Part shown: positions 55,548 through 64,000 of the stretch, piece after piece
How positions within the stretch are numbered: the stretch's first letter is position 1
Layout of the letters: each line of letters begins with the position of its first letter
Origin: Octopus vulgaris
Taxonomy: Eukaryota
Assembly: GCA_951406725.2 (NCBI GenBank)
Contig: OX597831.1
Span: 80,476,001 to 80,540,000, forward strand
Reading direction: 5' to 3'
DNA: 64,000 nucleotides
Notes under the pieces: generated by a model
Seen by the model: the letters and a program-made list of their open reading frames with translations, nothing else
What the model was told of the DNA's origin: nothing
Database searches by the model: none
Made by a program: the position numbers and the translations under genes

Positions 55548-56723
55548 CGAGATGGTATCAAAAAGTTGCAGGACCAGTAAATTTTAATTCAAAAATAGCT
55601 TATTTAACTGTTTTAACACTATCTCCTTCAAAAGACTCACTTTGCGTAGCAACACACCAGTTCCGGCGGTTCCAATTTTGGATTCCGACCTGGAAGTTAT
55701 TTTTCAGTAAGCGAGTCGAGGACCTTCTGCAATTCGACAGCGATGTGAAAACGGCGATCTTTGAGCTGCCTTTTCATCTTGGAGAAGAGGTAGAAGTCCG
55801 CAGGGGCTTAATAGATGGATGCGGAAGCGTTATTACATATCCGGTCGTTTTCGCCGAATGTCCTCCCTTAAACGCTTCAAACCGTCGCAGCAGGAGTTTC
55901 AATCGACAGTCTAGTCCTGAGGGACGAATTCTCGATGCACAATACCACGGATATCAAAAGAAATAAAACATTGAGCATATCCTTACGGTGCGGCTCTGTC
56001 GTGCCTTCTTCGGTCGTGGAGATGAAGGGCTCTTCCACTGTGACGACTGCTGCTTCGTGTCGGGGTCGTACTCGTAAACCCAACTCCCGTCACCGGTGAT
56101 GATCCTAGACATGAAAGATGGGTCATCAGTGGGGACGCTGACGGAGATCTTGACAGACTTCGATGTTCTTTCTGCCCAGTGGTCAGCAGATGGAAGACAA
56201 TCTTGACAGAAACACGGGACATGTTCAATTCAGACGTTAGAATTGCCAGTACGGACCCAAACCGACAGGCCAACAACATCAGCAATGTCATTGATTGTCC
56301 TCCGACGATCCTCGTGCCCAAGCAGATGAATTTCTCCACATTTCCCGTAGCAGAACTTCCAGATCGCCCATCATCTTCCAGGGATGTTCCTCCGCTTTTG
56401 AAATACCCGTGCCACTTGAAACATTGCGTACGACCCATTGCCTCGGTGCCGTAAGCTTGTCGAAGCATCCTCAACGTCTCTATAGCAGACCTCCCAAGTT
56501 TAACGCAAAATTTTACTCTGGTTCTTTGTTCCAACTTGCTGTCCAGCATACACGGGATCAGAAAAAAACACAAATTTCACACCTTACAAAGTAAACACAG
56601 CAATATCTCACGGCACAATGTCTCATGAAATGTCACTGCTACCTGTCATTGCGCACGCAACCGTGTGCTGCCATCTGTTGGTGCACTACAGAACCAGTCC
56701 GGGAAGTTTTTGATGCCACCTTG
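55548..56723 (-). mobile_element. Degenerate mariner transposon with both TIRs
   Basis: TIRs cgagatggtatcaaaaagttgcaggacc / gtccgggaagtttttgatgccaccttg. Translation EQRTRVKFCVKLG..LEDDGRSG and ITGDGSWVYEYDP; frameshifted and internally deleted. Confidence 0.9.
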
Positions 56724-56727
56724 CATA

Positions 56728-56935
56728 TGTGCGTGTTTGTGTCGGTGTTTTTCCTACACCACCGCTTGACAACTGGTGTAGGGGTATTTTTCTCTCTGTA
56801 ACTGAGTGCATCGGCAAAAGAGACCGATAGAATATGTACCAGGCTTAAACAGAAAATAAGAACTGGAGTCAATTCATTCGGGTAATAATCCTGCAAGGTA
56901 GTGCCCCAGCATGGCCGCAGCCTAATAGCTGAAGC
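56728..56935 (+). mobile_element. SINE family B, 3' half
   Basis: 'ggcaaaagagaccgatagaata..gtgccccagcatggccgcagc'. Confidence 0.8.
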
Positions 56936-57029
56936 TCATATATATATTTATGCATGTATACCGATATATATATATATATAAAAGAGACCAAAGTGTACGT
57001 AGGCTGCTATATGTTTTATATATAAAAAG

Positions 57030-57400
57030 TACTAAATGGGACAAGAACGCTAAACATTCAGAAAGGTGATACAAAAAAAGGGGAGAACAAAACATCCAGA
57101 CAGACGATACAAAGAAAACAATGAGGGGTCTTTCTGTGTTTTCTATCCTCAGTCGAGTTCCAGATTATCTTTGCGATTTCGGGAAAAAAACGGAGAATGT
57201 TTCACAAGTACAAATAACAGGACATAAGAACACGTGTCTTTCGACTAAGGACGAATTGAATTAAGCTGGCGTGTGTAGAAGTAAAGCCTTACCACAGGGA
57301 TACAAGATTGCACAGGCACAGGGAGGAATATAGATGTTGCACGGACGACGACCGAACCAAGAAAGGTCAGGCTTGGCCGAACACTGGTCACGTGGGGAGA
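57030..57400 (-). repeat. Inverted copy of the 25300-25790 repeat composite
   Basis: ORF track shows homologous peptides at 25277-25471 (+) and 57245-57460 (-). Confidence 0.75.
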
Positions 57401-57970
57401 GAAGAGATAGAGGTAGAGGCAGGGACACAGTGAAGTAAAATGAGGAAGGAAAGTGAGCATGAAGAGAATACAAGGAAATGTGAGAGAGGGGGAACGAAAG
57501 AACGAGAGGGGGGGATGAACGAAGTAAGCGCGAAAGGGCTGATAGAAAGAAAGAAAGAAGTAAAGAATAATAGAAAGAATAGAGTCTTACAAGATTTAGA
57601 TAAATATATACCTGGGGGCGATTTCTTCGACTGAAAGGCGGTGCTCCAGCATGGCCGTCGTCAAATAAGTGAACCAAGTAAATGAATAAAAGAATATATG
57701 TACGAGTCGACGTTATGAAGTAGTTTTATAATAGAACGACGCGTTAAAGGGACGTAATTTCAATGAGATTTTCAAGGGAGGCAACTTTATATTTAAGGGG
57801 AGTAATTTTTGCAAATAAAATGTATCTTGTTTCAAAATTTCATTGATTTATACATACATACATACATACATACATACATACATACATACATACATACGTA
57901 TATACATACATACATACATACATACATACATACGTATATACATACATACATACATACATACATACATACA

Positions 57971-58006
<36 letters not shown>

Positions 58007-58008
58007 TA

Positions 58009-58050
<42 letters not shown>

Positions 58051-58052
<2 letters not shown>

Positions 58053-58326
58053 GACTCGCGGTTGGAGGATCGCGGTTTCCATTCCCAGATCGGGCGTTGT
58101 GAGTGTTTATTGAGCGAAAACACCTAAAAGCTCCACGATGCTCCGGTAGGATGTAGTGGTGATCCCTGCAGTACTCTTTCACCACAACTTTCTCTCACTC
58201 TTTCTTCTGTTGGCCTGCTCACTTGGTCAGCGGGTTGGCGTCATTGAGGCTAAAACAATGCGAAGCGCATTGTGACCAGCGACGTGTAGCAACATCTGAT
58301 GGCCTGGTCGGTCACGTGATCGTGAT
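58051..58326 (+). mobile_element. SINE family C
   Basis: Matches 18875-19144; lies between (TA)n tracts. Confidence 0.85.
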
Positions 58327-59103
58327 ATATATATATATATACATAAATGCATCCGTGAATATATACATTCACACACATGTATTCATAAAGCAAAACATAC
58401 AAATCTGCACACATACATACATACATACATACATACATACAATACATACATACATACAATACATACATACATACATACATACATACATACATACATACAT
58501 ACATACATACATACATACATACATACATACATACATACATACATACATACATACATACATACATACATACATACATACACACATACATGCATACATACAT
58601 ACATACATACATACATACATACATACATACATACATACATACACACATACATACATACATACATACATACATACATACATACATACATACATACATACAT
58701 ACATACATACATACATGCATGCATACACACATACACGCATACATACATACATACATACATACATACATACATACATACACACATACACACATACATACAT
58801 ACATACATACATACATACATACATACATACATACATACATACATACATACATACATACACACATACACACATACATGCATACATACATATATACATACAT
58901 ACATACATACATACATACATACATACATACATACATACACACATACACACATACATGCATACATACATACATACATACATGCATGCATACATACAAAAGT
59001 ACCCTGTTGATGATGTTGGAATTCCCATGAAGGAGCCTTGAATCTAAGTTAGAATCTGACTCTTTGTCTATTAGCAAGAAATCTTGAAATAAAACTAAAC
59101 AAT

Positions 59104-59223
<120 letters not shown>

Positions 59224-59289
59224 TACACACACACACATGCACGCACACACACATTAATTCATTCATTCATTTAGCAAAGTTACGAGCCT

Positions 59290-59815
59290 GGAATTGTTAA
59301 AATTTTCCCTCCACCCTCCACTCCAACCTCCTCATTCGGATCCTTTCTCAACGATATCACTACAACAAGATTCACGAGGCTGGAAATTCTTCCATTCTGA
59401 ATCGAGTTGCAAAAGACAGTTTGTCAAGATTATCAGCCTTTCGTAGAACTCCACATCGCTCATTCGATCGTCTCTCAAACCATCGCAGTAAGCAGTAAAG
59501 TCAGCTCCATCTAGGGCACGCCACCTATACCGAACATTTGAGTAAACAATAACCGAAAAGCTACGCATATTTGCTTGGAATCGAGTTGCACGGCTCTATT
59601 CCAGATACGTTAAAACCCCTTTTGTGTCTTTGCACAAGGATATTCGGGCCCATCGAACCGCTTGCGTTCGAACATGCATTAGAGCCAGCGCCCTCGCTCT
59701 GACAACGCAAGCTTCGTGCTTCGCGTTGGAGAGCTGATCAACAACCGATCTCGTCGCTGGCACTTTGGTTTCGATATCCTTCCTAAGCATATCTTCAAGG
59801 CTCTTAAAAATCTCC
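59290..59815 (-). mobile_element. Degenerate Tx1/L1-like ORF2 linker fragment
   Basis: ..KHEACVVRARAL.. resembles the G..IRSR motif between EN and RT of Tx1/L1; weak evidence. Confidence 0.4.
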
Positions 59816-59982
59816 CTGTTATCAGCCAGCTCGCCCTGAGTGGCGAGCTGGCTGATTGGTTAGAGCGCTAGATCAAGTGCTTTGTAATATTCGGTTTGAC
59901 AGTAAGTATTCTCAGTTCAAATCTCGTCAAAGCCACTCTCCATAGGCGCAGAAAGTGGCTGTGTGGTAAGTAGCTAACTTAC

Positions 59983-62216
59983 CAGTCTCATCGTTAGACG
60001 TGATTTTTGGCGGTGAGTCAAACGTCTTGTTGAACTTTGGATTAATTTTTTCTGTTGGAATTGTTGACTGTTTATTGTTGAACATTTTCGAGCTGTTGAA
60101 CATTGTTGAACCTTGAAACTTTGAAAATTCTTGTGCTTTTTCCGTGACGGGAGAAAGAAATTGTTTGTGTAAAACCATTTTTGCAGTTGTGAATTGTTGA
60201 AATAATGAACTTGTTAAAGCCGTTGTAGGCTTTATTGTCGTGCCCCTCCCCTAGCGGGGGTGAGATTTGAATTGTTGTCCTCGTTGTGAGAGAAAAAAAA
60301 ATATTATAAGTTTCCCGTTTTTTTGGGATAATCAATTTATTATTGTGTGAAAAATTTAATTTTAGACATTGTAGGCTCTATTGCGGCACCCGCCCCTAGC
60401 GGGGGTGAGATTTGAACTGCTGGCCTCGTTGTGAGGGAAAAAAAGTAAAAAATTATAGGTTTCCCGTTTTCTGGGATTAAATTGTGTATAAATTTATTTC
60501 GAACGAATATGTCTGTCGAAATAATTTCAGAGAAAAATTCATTGGAACATCCAGTTAAGAAATTTTCAGCAGTTACCACGGTGGCTACTGAAAACGTCGA
60601 ACGACCAAAGGAAAAGCTCTCCGAGGTCTTTGAAAAATGAAAGAAGAACGGGGTTATATAAAAATATTACCCTCAACTAGTGTTGAAAAATTGAAAAGAA
60701 GGAGAGTTGTTTTCAAAACATATTGTCCTTCAACAAAGAAATTTAAGCACTTTGAGCAGTGCAAGATTGAAAAATGTCTGGCTCCCATATGGGAAGACAT
60801 AAAGTATATAGCGAGGGGCCGTACTTATGGCACAGCAGAGGCCAGATTTGAAACAGAAGTAAAAGCCCAAGAGCACTCAGTGAGGCCTCTGAAAACGAAG
60901 AAGTCGGTACTTATGCCAACCTACATGGGGAGACGAACTGCTCCAGTAAGAGTGACAGAAGTGCCGCCTGAAGCTGATGTAAGGGAGGTGATGGCGGCCC
61001 TGTTGCATAACAGGAGGGACAAAATCGCCTTCCTTCAGATCACACGCTCTGCTCCACAAAACTGGCTCGAGCAGAGCATTTCTGCCATTATTTAGGGAAC
61101 TTAGAAAGATATCGAAATGCTTCCAGAGAGGGTGATCTTGGGTGAGGATATCACACTCAGAATACAAGCAGAGGGAAAAAAGCCAACGTGTTATGAATGT
61201 GGCAAAAAAGGCCACATCCGTAAAGGCTGTGAACAATGGAAAAGAAAAGTGGCGCAGGCAGAAGGCCCCTCAATTGCAAAAAAGACCTTAAACCCACACA
61301 CGCATTAGCTTCCACAGAAACAAAAATTCCCACTTCTCCAACTGTGGTGCCTGCCCCCAAACACGACACCCAAACACCCCAGACCATGCTTACACCAGTC
61401 CCGATAACGTCAAAACACACCCCCCTCTAAAGTGGCACCAGAACTCCCCCGGACGACACCATGGAAGTGGTTGACGGGGAGTTTCCAGTAGTTCGGAAAC
61501 GAACACTTACACCTTCCCCATCCACATCCCCCACAAAAGAAAACGAAAAAGGAAGCACCATACCACAAAAAAGGAAAAAAACGAAAGATAAAGAACAGAA
61601 AACCCTGGTAAAATATGACACCAGAGACAAATACATTGAGAACATTGTAAAAGATCACCAGGCTGTTTGAAGAGCACAAGGACTTAAGAGGAAGATGTGC
61701 CTGGATAGGGGAAGGGTTTTACGGGCAACTGAAGGACAGGCATCCAAAGACCATCAGGAGTATCCCGGATCTTCCAGAATACTTGAAGAAGGAGGAGGAG
61801 GAAAGGGCTGCCTCGTGTGTTGTGAGGTCAGCCCCAACATCACCAGTGAAGGGTAAGTAGAACCCTTGTATTTTTTCCTTGTTTTGGCTACACTTAATCT
61901 TGGGTGTTTGAATGTGCGTGGTCTGAGCTCGAAGTGGAAGCAAGCTCGTTTCCTTGACTACATCATATCACGCGATATGCATGTGATGGTTGCTACAGAG
62001 ACCAACCTGGACAGTTTACAAGCCTTCTCGCCCCTCCTGTATGACTATGAGAAAGCCATGTCTCCTAGCGAGGCCAGAGGGAGAGGCGGTGTAGTAGTAC
62101 TAGTCCGGAAAGACTTGGCTCTGCGGACAAGTACAGTCTATGTGGACCCTGAAGGTGGGCTGGTCGTCCTTGATGTGACATCCAGCAGTAAGGCCTTCAG
62201 GTTGATCGGAATCTAT
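59983..62216 (+). mobile_element. Tx1/L1-clade LINE: 5' UTR, broken ORF1 with zinc knuckle, start of APE endonuclease; 3' part missing
   Basis: CYECGKKGHIRKGC (CCHC); ORF2 start LNLGCLNVRGL..ATET..GGVVVL..DPEG..FRLIGIY. Confidence 0.85.
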
Positions 62217-62276
62217 GTTTGTCTGTCCTTGTTCGTCCCCTCTTTGTAATGCCTTCATGGCAAATTTTATGACATA

Positions 62277-62421
62277 AAGTAGCTTGCTTACCAGTCACAT
62301 GGTCATGGGTTCAGTCGCACTGCGTGGCACCTTGGGCAAGTGTCTTCTACTTTAGTCTCGGGCCGACCAAAGACTTGTGAGTGGATTTAGTAGACAGAAA
62401 CTGGAAGAAGCCCGTCGTATA

Positions 62422-62475
<54 letters not shown>

Positions 62476-62670
62476 TGTTTGTGTTGACAACCGATGGTGG
62501 TGTATTTACGTCCCCGTAACTTAGCGGTTCGGCAAAAGAGACCGATAGAATAAGTACTAGGCTTACAAAAAATAAGTCCCGGGGTGGATTTGCTCGACTG
62601 AAGGCGGTGCTCCAGCATGGCCGCAGTCAAATGACTGAAACAAGTAAAAGAATAAAAGAATAAAAGAATA
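62277..62670 (+). mobile_element. SINE family B lacking its first ~25 nt
   Basis: Matches 23902-24335. Confidence 0.88.
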
Positions 62671-63609
62671 TTCTATGATTCTCGATCAGGATTTACTTAC
62701 TAAATTGACACGAATCCAATAACTTTTGTGGGGGGGGTAATTACTACTGATTATTGTCGATTGCCCCCACAACACCCCCAACAACACCCGCCGCCTTCCA
62801 CTAATCAAATTCTTTAATCCGGTCTCTCTAAACTTGGCAAGATGGGAAAGACGCGTTCAGCCTCCGGTGACTGGCATCTCTGTCAATGCAGCCTCTCAGA
62901 ATCGTCTGTAAGTCAATAAACGGGGAGAACAGAAGTTGTCCACAATTCAAAGTCGGCAGCTATACAAACGACACAAATTCCTGGTCTATACAACCGGCGA
63001 ATTTGAGTTGTGAAACAAACTCTGCTACTCCTATCTACGGAATTCTCTACCAAGGAAATATCTGAATAACCTGATGTTATTTGTTCGCGCATTCGAGAAA
63101 TCTATTCAGTACCTATCAGCCAGCTGGAAACAGTTGAGTATATTTGCGAGGTTTTTATACCTCACTCTCCTATCAACAAGGGTATCTTTTTTCTTCAGAG
63201 ATGTAAATAAACCCAATCTGTTTCTTAAACGAATATATAATATGTAATGTGTGTATCTGTGCAACAGAGAGGGAAATTAAAACTGCATATGTTGTGAACT
63301 TAGAATATGTGTTTATTAATAAAAGTTTAATAACGATAATCTTTTATTCATGGGAACGTAACTGATATGAAATATGTCATAAATAACAGTGACAAACTGA
63401 GTAGACACCGCAGGAAATTGTTGTTGACAAACTACAGCAGAAATTGTATTCACCTCAATAGACGTCATTGATTGGTTGAAATTGCCGAAATGCAAGAAAT
63501 TTAACAAGAAATAGCTTACAAACTACAGAATTTTCTCAAGAAAGCCAAGAGAAAAAGATGTTTTATGTAACACATTCTACCAGAATACGAAGTTTAAAAG
63601 TGTTTAGTT

Positions 63610-63832
63610 ACAAAGAAATTATTTCAAAAGTCTGCCGGTCAAAGTGAAAAGATCCAGAAGTTTCAAACAAAACCTCCAGGGGCCTCTTTCTAGTCGGAGC
63701 ATAGAAAATGACTAGTCTAAAGGCACCGGCTTCGCTGCTGTTCAAGTCTGGGACCATCAATTCACGGTCTGAGTCCAGGAAGATCGGACCTGTCTTGAGG
63801 CCCATGTCTTTCCAACACAGCACCGTCACCCT
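63610..63832 (-). mobile_element. Tx1/L1-like APE endonuclease fragment
   Basis: GVTVL..IFLDSDRELMV.DL..GAFRLVIFYAP, homologous to 62085-62216. Confidence 0.65.
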
Positions 63833-64000
63833 GCGAGTATTATTTATTTGTCAACAGATTAAATATTTGTAAAGGCAGGATTTTAACTCAGAACGTAAAA
63901 ACGTGGAAGAAATATTACGAGGCATTTTGTGCAGGGCTTTCGCCACTAATGCCTGTGTGTGTGTGTGTGTGCGTGTGAGTATGCATGTGTGTTTGTGTTT

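Overview
Eukaryotic, AT-rich, microsatellite-saturated non-coding DNA. The SINE families, the Penelope-like and R4/Dong-like LINEs and the density of simple repeats point to an octopus (coleoid cephalopod) genome; this is inference, not a database match. I found no credible host protein-coding gene, and nearly all ORF-track entries are translated (TA)n/(CA)n/(TAA)n/(CATA)n repeats. Recognisable coding remnants are all transposons: a 5'-truncated R4/Dong-type RLE LINE inside (TAA)n (40.7-42.4 kb, plus 3 more 3' ends), a CR1-group LINE (43.1-45.1 kb), a Naiad-type Penelope-like element with RT and GIY-YIG (45.9-49.2 kb, minus), Tx1/L1 pieces (59.3-63.8 kb), RTE ends, and Tc1/mariner and pogo relics. 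There are also hAT and Tc1 MITEs, non-autonomous Helitrons and three tRNA-derived SINE families. The most notable unannotated signal is a set of hammerhead ribozyme (HHR) motifs: one with a complete core and very long stem II in the Penelope 3' end, one in a ~445-nt retrozyme-like unit, a head-to-head pair forming a ~335-bp palindrome, and several decayed copies. Also notable are a structured ~570-bp (TAA)n-associated non-coding element, a SINE/LINE shared 3' tail with covarying stems, and CpG-rich unique islands carrying Hox/Pbx-type motifs and a pre-miRNA-sized hairpin. All structures were paired by eye, and element boundaries are approximate unless a TIR or TSD is given.
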